Part shown: piece by piece, positions 7,872 through 15,626 of the stretch
Numbering within the stretch: position 1 is the stretch's first letter
Layout of the letters: the number at the start of each line of letters is the position of its first letter
Source: a virus
Virus record (IMG/VR): IMGVR_UViG_3300035661_000037
Span: 1-64,000 of that record
DNA length: 64,000 bases
Direction: 5' to 3' (one strand)
Program-made: the position numbers and the translations under genes
Notes under the pieces: model-generated
Told to the model about the DNA's origin: nothing
Database searches by the model: none
Seen by the model: only the letters and a program-made list of their open reading frames with translations

Positions 7872-7975
7872 CAAGGAGAAATCTACGCCGGTCGACTGGC
7901 AACATTCGGAATTTAACTATTTGGTGTGGTTGCCAATACAGGAAGTTAGGATTACTTTTAAAAGAGAGACGAATT

Positions 7976-8158
7976 ATGAGTGGATGCAAAATGGTAATTA
8001 TAGAAAGTGGACAAGACTTAGAAATCACATGGGAGTGCTCTAATTGCGGCACAATTCATAAAGCAACAGATAAATTTGAAAGTTCAAAGTTTTGTCCTAA
8101 ATGCGGGTTAAAAATAACTAAATGGGTAGGGTTAGATGATTATGAGGATGACGCCTAA
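7976..8158 (+). CDS. zinc-ribbon protein
   Basis: CSNC...CPKC; stop lies inside GCCTAAC. Confidence 0.75.
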   Translation: MSGCKMVIIESGQDLEITWECSNCGTIHKATDKFESSKFCPKCGLKITKWVGLDDYEDDA

Positions 8159-8314
8159 CGTAAAGCTAAAGATGTTCAACTACGACTATAAGACAGCAAA
8201 GCTCCGTGCCCGTGCTGTCCGAAGAGCAACATTTTAAATTTTACTATTTGTTTAGTACAGTTTCACCAACTAGCATGATAATTTTTTGTAACGTTATCGC
8301 TGAAATGGCACGTA

Positions 8315-8554
8315 ATGAAGAACGTTAAGCAATTGCTAATGAAGCCACGAACTTGGCGGTGCAAAGATGGATTAGTCTGGAATTATAAAGGAGATAGCTG
8401 CATGTCAAAACTTTTTATACCGCCACCAAGCATGGAAAATTTAATTTCATACTTTGTCGAATGGATTGCAAAGAATATGGGAGCAAGGGTAACAATTAAT
8501 GTTTACTGGCATGATGGAAAACATTTTACAGAAGAATCGGATGGCAGGGGCTAA
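8315..8554 (+). CDS. hypothetical protein (start uncertain)
   Basis: ORF ending in GGCTAAC; internal ATG at 8402 has an AAGGAG RBS. Confidence 0.55.
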   Translation: MKNVKQLLMKPRTWRCKDGLVWNYKGDSCMSKLFIPPPSMENLISYFVEWIAKNMGARVTINVYWHDGKHFTEESDGRG

Positions 8555-8635
8555 CGATGAGGTAAGTGGCGTGACACTTTACAAGTTCACTTATCGAATA
8601 GAAAGTTATAGCACATTTTACAAAGGATATTAGCA

Positions 8636-8818
8636 ATGACAACAGGGACAGGGCTTTTTGTACTCGGGGCATGGCTGGTTTTGGTGGCTGCATACGCCAC
8701 GGATAAAGTTAATGAAATTGGAATGAATCGTGCAAGAAATGTCGCGTGGTTAGCTACATTACTGGGGTTAGTTGTGACAGCGGCGTATCACCCTTGGGTA
8801 CTGGCTCATGCGTTCTAA
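8636..8818 (+). CDS. small two-TM membrane protein
   Basis: AAGGA RBS; stop inside TTCTAAC. Confidence 0.75.
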   Translation: MTTGTGLFVLGAWLVLVAAYATDKVNEIGMNRARNVAWLATLLGLVVTAAYHPWVLAHAF

Positions 8819-8895
8819 CGTTAAATTAACGGGCTACCAAATAAAGAAAGGATAACACAGAAATGCCCGACTTAGAGTTACATTAGGAAGAGAAG

Positions 8896-9138
8896 ATGAG
8901 CAAAATTGATGACTTAAAAGGAATGCAAGTTGGTACAGTCGAACAAGTTTCAAAATTTAGAAGCGAAGCATTGTCTGAATTGTCGGCACAGACACATAGA
9001 GCAAATGTACTCGCAGCGACCATAAGAGATTTGATCGGGGTAATAACATTTGATGGGGAAACTAAGCAAGAGTTTATAGGTAGAGTACGTAATATTCTTG
9101 CTGATGACTCTGATAAACGCGTTCAGCACAAACTTTAA
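8896..9138 (+). CDS. hypothetical protein
   Basis: 80 aa with AGGA RBS. Confidence 0.7.
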   Translation: MSKIDDLKGMQVGTVEQVSKFRSEALSELSAQTHRANVLAATIRDLIGVITFDGETKQEFIGRVRNILADDSDKRVQHKL

Positions 9139-9191
9139 AATTGGCCATATCGCTTTTTCGCATACCGAGTCGAACTACGAAATGATAAAAG

Positions 9192-9332
9192 ATGAAAATT
9201 ATTAACCGATTTATTTGTGTGATATTTGGGCATGATGCCGCCGATAATAGAGTTGCAAAAATGTACAACTTGCAGGATAGAACTTGTATGTGGCAATGCC
9301 CTAGATGCGGCGTAGGTGTACACGGCAAATGA
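9192..9332 (+). CDS. small Cys/His protein (46 aa, CVIFGH...CPRC)
   Basis: Read manually; typical small phage zinc-binding pattern. Confidence 0.6.
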   Translation: MKIINRFICVIFGHDAADNRVAKMYNLQDRTCMWQCPRCGVGVHGK

Positions 9333-9393
9333 TGAAGACTAACGTAAAGGTAATGAGGGCGGGATGTGCACATACGAAGAAAGGAAAAGTATT

Positions 9394-9618
9394 ATGAGCA
9401 AAATTTCTGAGGTGCTTGACTATTTAAAACCAGCAACAGATGAAAATGGCAGCCCTATTTTGCAACATGAATATGACAGGTTGAAGGCTTTTGAACAGAT
9501 GATATTACAATCTAAGCCTGCCGCATGGATGAATGTAGATAAGCACGGTGGAGCTATGTTTTTTCGATCCCCAAACACATTTAACGCAGTGCCGCTAATT
9601 GTATCGCCTAACGTATAG
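9394..9618 (+). CDS. hypothetical protein
   Basis: ATG 9394 with AAGGA RBS; ends SPNV, reading through GCCTAAC. Confidence 0.7.
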   Translation: MSKISEVLDYLKPATDENGSPILQHEYDRLKAFEQMILQSKPAAWMNVDKHGGAMFFRSPNTFNAVPLIVSPNV

Positions 9619-9755
9619 CAACGTGTAACACCTAACATAATTGGAGAATAAAATGAGTGGCGACTTACTTAACTCGGCTGGAAAGATAGTAAACAAGGCC
9701 ATTGATAGTTAAGCCTTTCATAAAGCTAACTGGCTAATCCTGCAGAAAGAGAGAA

Positions 9756-9926
9756 ATGATACGATCTAAAAAAGCTACTGTAACAAAGAAAGAAATAATT
9801 AACTACATTTATTCTGTCACTTGCCCGCATTGTAAAACAGAGCTTCGCGGTGGAATAGGTAAGGGTGATTTACGAATTAAATGCTTTCAATGCAAGAAAC
9901 CAATTGAGTTAGTGCATGAGGACTAA
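9756..9926 (+). CDS. zinc-ribbon protein (56 aa, CPHC...CFQC)
   Basis: Read manually; stop inside GACTAAT. Confidence 0.65.
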   Translation: MIRSKKATVTKKEIINYIYSVTCPHCKTELRGGIGKGDLRIKCFQCKKPIELVHED

Positions 9927-9970
9927 TGTAGAGGTAACCGTGCTACCATTAACTGAAAGTGAGAATAGCA

Positions 9971-10228
9971 ATGACAAATGAAACAATAGCTTCATCTGAA
10001 CAAACTAGCAAGTCCGAGTTTAATGGCGGGTTAGAGCGCGAAATGATAAAAAACGCTCTGCTACATGAGGCTTCGCGGTGGAGTTATAATTATAAATTAC
10101 CGGTCTGGAAGGCCCTTAGATCGGCTGCAAAGCGCATGAATATCGACCTGTCAGAAGATGAATGCTATCGAGCAATGAAGCGCTCTAAGGCGAAATATAT
10201 GTTGCTTAAATTGGAGAATAGAAATTAG
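9971..10228 (+). CDS. hypothetical protein starting inside an attC-like loop
   Basis: MTNETIASSEQTSKSEFNGGLER; ORF track gives 9959. Confidence 0.6.
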   Translation: MTNETIASSEQTSKSEFNGGLEREMIKNALLHEASRWSYNYKLPVWKALRSAAKRMNIDLSEDECYRAMKRSKAKYMLLKLENRN

Positions 10229-10439
10229 CGAACAAATAAATACCCTAATTGTAATATTGACTTAGAAGATTTTATAACAGGGAAAGATTTGTACGTATCA
10301 AATTTCGATGTTGAAATCTATACCGGAAGATTACATATGAACTGCTGCCCTGAATGCAAATACATGGATGATAGTTCCATATGGTTTGGGTAATGCATAA
10401 TGTATTGGTGAGCACAAACTTACAACAAGGAGAATTAAA

Positions 10440-10865
10440 ATGAGCGAAGATACAATGAAACTATCAGAATTTTTTGCAGAAGCATCGCGGGCAGCAAAGA
10501 TGGAAGAGACTTATCCAGATGCATGCACACTTAAATACAAATCGCGCTGCTATAAAGTAAAAGACTTTACATCTTATGTCAACTGGGAATCGTGTTTTCA
10601 TGAAATAGAATTCGCCATGGGTATTCTAGAAGGCCAACCAGTGTTTAAGGATTCTGAGTTGTACTTAGATGGTAAAAAGCAAGTTGCAGGGCTAACAAGA
10701 TTTCTTATATGTGATGGGCCATCTTGGTCATGGAATCCACCACAGCCTCGCGCCGTAATGGTTGAGTTATCAGTTGAGGATGCCAAACACATAGTTACTT
10801 CCAGACTAACTGGCTTATCGGAATGCAGTGAAGCCTTTCATAAAGCATTAGGAGAATTAAAATGA
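10440..10865 (+). CDS. hypothetical protein
   Basis: 141 aa with AAGGAG RBS. Confidence 0.8.
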   Translation: MSEDTMKLSEFFAEASRAAKMEETYPDACTLKYKSRCYKVKDFTSYVNWESCFHEIEFAMGILEGQPVFKDSELYLDGKKQVAGLTRFLICDGPSWSWNPPQPRAVMVELSVEDAKHIVTSRLTGLSECSEAFHKALGELK

Positions 10866-11119
10866 GCGAATATATATTGAGAGGTAAGTTCGATGCGTGG
10901 TATAATGAGCAAGATGCGTCATTAATTCCATCTGATAACCTAGCGTTCCTTGCATTTGTGTATGCTGCAAAACTCAAAGACGATGAGGTAGATATATACA
11001 AGAAACAATATTTGTGGGAGTTAGAAGAAGCTACTCGAGTTGGCGATATAGCTACTCGCCGTTTAGAAGAGATTGAAAAACTAAACGCACGTATTGCGAT
11101 ATTGTGCGGATCGGTATAA
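10862..11119 (+). CDS. hypothetical protein
   Basis: ATGA overlap; AGGAG RBS. Confidence 0.75.
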   Translation: MSEYILRGKFDAWYNEQDASLIPSDNLAFLAFVYAAKLKDDEVDIYKKQYLWELEEATRVGDIATRRLEEIEKLNARIAILCGSV

Positions 11120-11184
11120 TCCCTATAACACGGTAAAAGGATGCTAAAGTTTACGTATAATATATAACTTAATAGGAGAAAACA

Positions 11185-11421
11185 TTGAGGGAATTCGCTT
11201 TTGGAACATTATTACTAATAATACTAATCGGTATTGGTTTATCTTTTATAGCACCGACGATGTGTCGGGATGATACTGATGGAGACTCACTTCGTCGTAG
11301 TGGGTTAAAATTAAGAACAGATGCGCGTACGGGGTGCCAATATATTGAAGGTAGTTATGGTGGCATTACACCTAGACTTGATGGGGCAGGCACACAGATG
11401 GGGTGTCTACTAAAGAAATGA
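11185..11421 (+). CDS. membrane-anchored small protein (SGLKLRTDARTGCQY...GGITPRLD)
   Basis: N-terminal TM; AGGAG RBS; recurrent phage motif. Confidence 0.75.
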   Translation: MREFAFGTLLLIILIGIGLSFIAPTMCRDDTDGDSLRRSGLKLRTDARTGCQYIEGSYGGITPRLDGAGTQMGCLLKK

Positions 11422-11466
11422 TTGACCAAACCAAAGTTATCAAATATAATGTTCGAACTGAATTAA
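11422..11466 (+). promoter_or_regulatory. sigma70 promoter with GAACTGAATTAA downstream motif
   Basis: TTGACC-17-TATAAT-N4-GAACTGAATTAA. Confidence 0.75.
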
Positions 11467-11484
11467 ACAACTTAGGATAATAAA

Positions 11485-11778
11485 ATGAGCAACATTATAT
11501 TTAAAGACATGGAAGTGACAATCGTAGGCTGCACGTTCATAGTAGACTATCGTATATCCTCAGGATTACAAGAAACACTATTTAACCCAGAAGATCCTAA
11601 AGAAGTTGAGATACTCACAGTATCAGTAAAAGGGCAGCCAGACGCAGACGCAGACATGTTACTGGAAGCCATAAAAGTATCTCTAAACCTCTCACATTCA
11701 ACGAAGTCTGGTATACGTTTCGAGAACGGATACGACCTGCTAACACAAGAAATCTTAGAAAGCGACCAATATGCTTAA
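11485..11778 (+). CDS. hypothetical protein
   Basis: 97 aa with AGGA RBS. Confidence 0.75.
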   Translation: MSNIIFKDMEVTIVGCTFIVDYRISSGLQETLFNPEDPKEVEILTVSVKGQPDADADMLLEAIKVSLNLSHSTKSGIRFENGYDLLTQEILESDQYA

Positions 11779-11989
11779 TGTAATTTACACCATAGTTTTA
11801 GTACCTTTCGGAATATTGTCAATAGCATTTATAGGAGTCGCAGTACTTTTTATAGTGGCGGTTGTTGCAATATCTAAAGTTTTGGGTATGCCCATGATTA
11901 TTTACAATATTTTAGTAGCTTATGATGTTGACCGAGAACGTAAACTGATGTTCCCAGAACGGTACGACGCTAAAGGAAATCGAAAATGA
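11771..11989 (+). CDS. membrane protein
   Basis: Hydrophobic; coupled to both neighbours. Confidence 0.65.
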   Translation: MLNVIYTIVLVPFGILSIAFIGVAVLFIVAVVAISKVLGMPMIIYNILVAYDVDRERKLMFPERYDAKGNRK

Positions 11990-12285
11990 CTGAAAGTATC
12001 GAGGGTGAAGATGACCTTGAACCATTGAGTTCAGACCACGACATTTCGCGAAGTATTAGCCATGCGGTAGATGTCCTGAGCGACTTGGACGCTAACATAT
12101 CCGAAGAGATCGACCTAGAAAATGTAACAGTGACTATAAATGCCCATAACCTAGCAAGTATCTGCGGGGCTCTGCTGTCTTACTGCGAAGAATACGATGG
12201 TGTAGACGTATCAGAGATGTTTGAAATGAGATACTTAGAGCGATCACATGGTACAGGTGATGAAGATAAAAGAACAATACATTGA
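11986..12285 (+). CDS. acidic hypothetical protein
   Basis: 99 aa; ATGA overlap. Confidence 0.7.
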   Translation: MTESIEGEDDLEPLSSDHDISRSISHAVDVLSDLDANISEEIDLENVTVTINAHNLASICGALLSYCEEYDGVDVSEMFEMRYLERSHGTGDEDKRTIH

Positions 12286-12310
12286 CAGGTAGCCTACCAT
12301 TATATATAAT
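12282..12310 (+). promoter_or_regulatory. consensus sigma70 promoter
   Basis: TTGACA-17-TATAAT. Confidence 0.85.
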
Positions 12311-12316
12311 GTCTGA

Positions 12317-12500
12317 CATTAAACGAACAATATAGGCGCTTCCACCTCGACCAGAAATGGCAAAACAACCAAGGATAAGCTCTTGGGGATAATAGATCGC
12401 GCAGCACTAACACAGAGTGCCTAGAAGTTCATTCTCTGTGTTAAAGTGTCAACTTAGAGGGGGCTTAAATGTATATCTAAGATGCGCGGTAATCGCTAAC
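12317..12500 (+). ncRNA. candidate structured ncRNA (three-way junction) upstream of tRNA
   Basis: Stems 12396-12403/12483-12490, 12408-12417/12434-12443, 12453-12458/12476-12481; GAAA tetraloop at 12351-12360; no ORF. Confidence 0.5.
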
Positions 12501-12503
12501 TTT

Positions 12504-12581
12504 AGGTCGTTAGCTTAATTGGTAAAAGCAGCCGACTCATAATCGGCAGATAGATTGGTTCGAGTCCAACACGACCTACCA
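12504..12581 (+). tRNA. tRNA with CAU anticodon, most like tRNA-Ile2 (lysidine); Met not excluded
   Basis: AGGTCGT/ACGACCT acceptor, GCCGA-CTCATAA-TCGGC arm, GGTTCGAGTCC T-arm, encoded CCA. Confidence 0.9.
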
Positions 12582-12600
12582 GATAAAACAAGGAGTTAAA

Positions 12601-12789
12601 ATGATAGTGCCTACAAACACAGTACGCTTTATAAAAGATGACGAAGATGAACAATTAATGATGACCATGCGCACTGGTGTAACATGGTCAGAGTTGTCCG
12701 AGAAATATCTACATTTTCTAAAAGGTTGTGGCTACCAAGTAACGGCTGCTGACTTAGCAGAATATTACACAACATTATCAGGAGATTAA
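12601..12789 (+). CDS. hypothetical protein (FLKGCGY motif)
   Basis: AAGGAG RBS. Confidence 0.75.
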   Translation: MIVPTNTVRFIKDDEDEQLMMTMRTGVTWSELSEKYLHFLKGCGYQVTAADLAEYYTTLSGD

Positions 12790-12791
12790 AA

Positions 12792-13325
12792 ATGATTGGT
12801 GACACATACGACGAAGTAAACAGAAATTACGATCATCGCTGGAATACTGAGATGACTCTTGGAGGGGTAAGCCAGTTGTGTGACAAGATTACACTACAGA
12901 ATATGGCTGATAAACTGGCAGAGTCTTTGAAAGCTGATGCAAATAAGCAGACATTTAGCGAAAGCCTTGCCGAGTCTTTTAAAGCTCCGCAACCAACGAT
13001 AAATATCATGCTAACAACCCCTGTAGATGAAAAACAGTCCACACCAACGGCACACCCTCTGCAAGCAGTTTTTGATGCGGTTATTGAGCAAGTTACAAAG
13101 GGTAAAGGGAAGGAACGCCACGGTAATGGTAAAGAGTTTATGTCGCAGCCTTGGGTTGAACTGTGCGATACTTACGGAACAGGCTTTGCATTTGGACAAA
13201 GCCAGAAAAAGATGTCAGAAAGTCAAGGTATGTCTGGAGAAGCGAGAAAACGAGAATTACTTGGTGCTTCTGCCTATCTAGCTATGGCTATCTTACACGA
13301 ATTTTATATTGACAAACAAAAATAA
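12792..13325 (+). CDS. conserved phage protein (GKGKERHG...GQSQKK...ELLGA)
   Basis: AGGAG RBS; C-terminal half resembles a recurrent helical phage domain. Confidence 0.75.
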   Translation: MIGDTYDEVNRNYDHRWNTEMTLGGVSQLCDKITLQNMADKLAESLKADANKQTFSESLAESFKAPQPTINIMLTTPVDEKQSTPTAHPLQAVFDAVIEQVTKGKGKERHGNGKEFMSQPWVELCDTYGTGFAFGQSQKKMSESQGMSGEARKRELLGASAYLAMAILHEFYIDKQK

Positions 13326-13344
13326 ACAGTGTATACACTCGCCT

Positions 13345-13449
13345 ATCGGCTTTGCATCCGATTTAAATGGTGAGGCTTCATCTGAACTCTGGCGGATACC
13401 ATCCGTTATGCAAACTTCCAGAAATGGTTGAGAGTTCAGGTGAAGCCTC
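13345..13449 (+). ncRNA. c4-like structured leader RNA
   Basis: 19-bp stem 13372-13390/13431-13449 with inner hairpins; loop TTTGCAT 13351-13357 complementary to ATGCAAA 13408-13414. Confidence 0.5.
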
Positions 13450-13469
13450 TTGTTTTGGAGAGTAAGCGT

Positions 13470-14177
13470 ATGGAAGACAAATTTAAGGCATATCTGTTAG
13501 AATGTTTAACCACAGGAAAAATATACGTTGGTATAACAACACAAACTCTGAAAAAGAGGCTTTCTCAGCATAAGATAGCAACATCAAAAACAGATACTAA
13601 AATAGGGCGACATCTTAGGAAGTACGGTACTGATTTGACAATAACTCATATTGCGTCAAGTTTAAATTTTGAACTATTGCTAGAGTTAGAAACGATTTTA
13701 ATAGTACAATATAACTCAAAACTAAAAGGGTTGAACTCAACTGACGGAGGGCAAGGGGTTATAGGTCACAAACATTCCGAAGAATCCAAAAATAAAATGA
13801 AACTACATAATTTAGCTATATGGAAAGTTCTGGGGTACCGTGAGAAAATGGTGGAGAAAGCCAAAATAGGGTGGGCTAACAAGAGTCAAGAGGAACTTTT
13901 AGCACATAAGCGACGAGCTGCAAAGAGCATGGCAATTGCAGCGAAGAATAGGATTAGGTCGAAGAAAGATAAGGTGGTTAGATACAAACATAAAGGCTGG
14001 AATATGAAGATAATAACTCATTGCCCTTCAGGACACGAATATAATTTTGAAAACACTAGATATAAGAAATGTGGAGGGCGAGTGTGTATCATATGCAAGC
14101 GGAAGACACGAAATATTGCTAGAGATACTAGAAGGGCTAAACTGGCAAAACTAAAATTGGAGTCAAACAATGCATGA
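13470..14177 (+). CDS. GIY-YIG homing endonuclease with NUMOD3-like and C-terminal zinc motifs
   Basis: KAYLL...KIYVGIT...RLSQH...E...LNSTDGG; GHKHSEESKNKM; THCPSGHEY...CIIC; ATG 13470 has a GGAG RBS. Confidence 0.85.
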   Translation: MEDKFKAYLLECLTTGKIYVGITTQTLKKRLSQHKIATSKTDTKIGRHLRKYGTDLTITHIASSLNFELLLELETILIVQYNSKLKGLNSTDGGQGVIGHKHSEESKNKMKLHNLAIWKVLGYREKMVEKAKIGWANKSQEELLAHKRRAAKSMAIAAKNRIRSKKDKVVRYKHKGWNMKIITHCPSGHEYNFENTRYKKCGGRVCIICKRKTRNIARDTRRAKLAKLKLESNNA

Positions 14178-14289
14178 AAAACAAGCGGAACACATCGGCG
14201 GTGCTATAGCTGAGAAGTTAACCTACAATCAGTCACGCGCTGACCACAAGCCTGATAACCGTGTTAAAGATGGCGGGAAGGCGTTTTGA
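14170..14289 (+). pseudogene. C-terminal remnant of a MazG-like phage nucleotide pyrophosphohydrolase
   Basis: IGGAIAEKLTYNQSRADHKPDNRVKDGGKAF matches the recalled C-terminus of that family; no catalytic N-terminal part. Confidence 0.55.
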
Positions 14290-15626
14290 GGTACCTTTCG
14301 CTATTCTCTGGTATTGAAGCAGCTAGCGTTGCATGGAATCCACTAGGTTGGGAATGCGTAGGCGTTGCGGAAATTGAAAAGTTCCCATGCAAAGTATTGG
14401 CGCACCATTATCCAGATGTGCCTAATCTTGGGGATATTACAAAAATTACCGAAACTGATATTGCGGAACTTGGTTTGATTGACGTAGTTGTGTTTGGAGC
14501 GCCGTGTCAGGACCTGAGTGTGGCCGGAAAACGAAAAGGAATGTTAGATGCGCACGGAAATATTACAAGAAGCGGATTGTTCTTTACAGCAATCAATATT
14601 GTTACTTGGGCTAGAAAACATTGCGCATGCCGATTTGCAATCTATGAAAATGTCCCTGGACTCTTCAGTTCCAACAAAGGCGCGGATTTTGCAAGCGTGG
14701 TTGAACACATGGCAGGACTCGACGACGTTACAGCGCCCAAGAACGGCTGGGGGTCAGAAGGCTGCGCGGTGGGCGACGAAGGAATGGTCGAATGGGCTTG
14801 TCTGGACGCACAATTCGTCAGAACACCGGAGTTCCCTACCGCCGTCCCTCAACGACGCAGGCGTGTCTTCGCTATCGCAGATTTTGGAGACTGGTCAACT
14901 AGACCGCCGATACTTCTTGAGCGCGAAAGCCTGCGCGGGGATACTCCATCGCGCCGAAGTAAGAGGCAAGAAACTCCCAGAGATGTTGTTGAAAGCTCTG
15001 GAAGTGGTGGTGCAATCGGAGCATTGTTCCCCGCATACTTCAAAGGTGCTGCAAGCCAGTGTGCAGACCAAGGAAATGTTGTAGGATGTTACGGAATTGC
15101 AGGAAATATTATCGGACGACAACCTGATAACGGTGGCAATGGAGACGGCTATTCTAATAATATCGGATACACATTGACTAAGACAGATGTTCATGCCGTA
15201 GTTTACCCAATAAATACCCAAATTGCTACAAGGTGTGTTACGCTTGGAGAAGGCACGGGACTAGGTATGGCTAATGAAGGAAAATCAGCATATACTCATC
15301 AGGCTGCACATTGTCATGCGGTTGCGTTTAGCACAGTTCCTGATATTTGTGGAACCATGAAAAGTTGTTCTGGTAAAAGTGTAACTTGGACAAATAGCGT
15401 TGACCACGCAGCTGCTGGTTATATACTCCCTATGGATACGCAAGTACGCCGATTGACCCCTATGGAGTGTGAAAGACTTCAAGGGTTTCCTGAAAACTAC
15501 ACAGGCATCCACGGAGCCAGCGATACAGCCCGCTACAAAGCACTAGGTAACTCTATGGCGTGTAACGTGATGCACTATATAGGACAACAAATTCAAAAAG
15601 CTGTAGACTACAATGCTAACCCTTAA
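14286..15626 (+). CDS. C5 cytosine DNA methyltransferase
   Basis: LFSGI (I), GAPCQ (IV), ENVPG (VI), PQRRRR (VIII), RRLTPMECERLQGF (IX), GNS (X). Confidence 0.95.
   Translation: MRYLSLFSGIEAASVAWNPLGWECVGVAEIEKFPCKVLAHHYPDVPNLGDITKITETDIAELGLIDVVVFGAPCQDLSVAGKRKGMLDAHGNITRSGLFFTAINIVTWARKHCACRFAIYENVPGLFSSNKGADFASVVEHMAGLDDVTAPKNGWGSEGCAVGDEGMVEWACLDAQFVRTPEFPTAVPQRRRRVFAIADFGDWSTRPPILLERESLRGDTPSRRSKRQETPRDVVESSGSGGAIGALFPAYFKGAASQCADQGNVVGCYGIAGNIIGRQPDNGGNGDGYSNNIGYTLTKTDVHAVVYPINTQIATRCVTLGEGTGLGMANEGKSAYTHQAAHCHAVAFSTVPDICGTMKSCSGKSVTWTNSVDHAAAGYILPMDTQVRRLTPMECERLQGFPENYTGIHGASDTARYKALGNSMACNVMHYIGQQIQKAVDYNANP
14548..15084 (+). CDS. nested alternative-frame ORF, M.EcoHK31I beta-polypeptide-like
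   Basis: 178 aa in the +1 frame; AAAGGA RBS; SSLSQILET...YFLSAKACAGILHRAE...LP motif. Confidence 0.6.
   Translation: MRTEILQEADCSLQQSILLLGLENIAHADLQSMKMSLDSSVPTKARILQAWLNTWQDSTTLQRPRTAGGQKAARWATKEWSNGLVWTHNSSEHRSSLPPSLNDAGVSSLSQILETGQLDRRYFLSAKACAGILHRAEVRGKKLPEMLLKALEVVVQSEHCSPHTSKVLQASVQTKEML

Larger units (their letters stand above)
7945..10413 (+). mobile_element. decayed integron-cassette-like array (attC-like sites, no integrase)
   Basis: Repeated YTAAY-GN4-RNTRA half-sites at gene ends; full-length folds at 8549-8611, 8813-8888 and 9921-10036. Confidence 0.65.

Noticed and set aside
13330-14289. Group I intron carrying the GIY-YIG gene
   Set aside because: No recognisable P/Q/R/S core, the upstream gene ends normally, and the nuclease has its own promoter.
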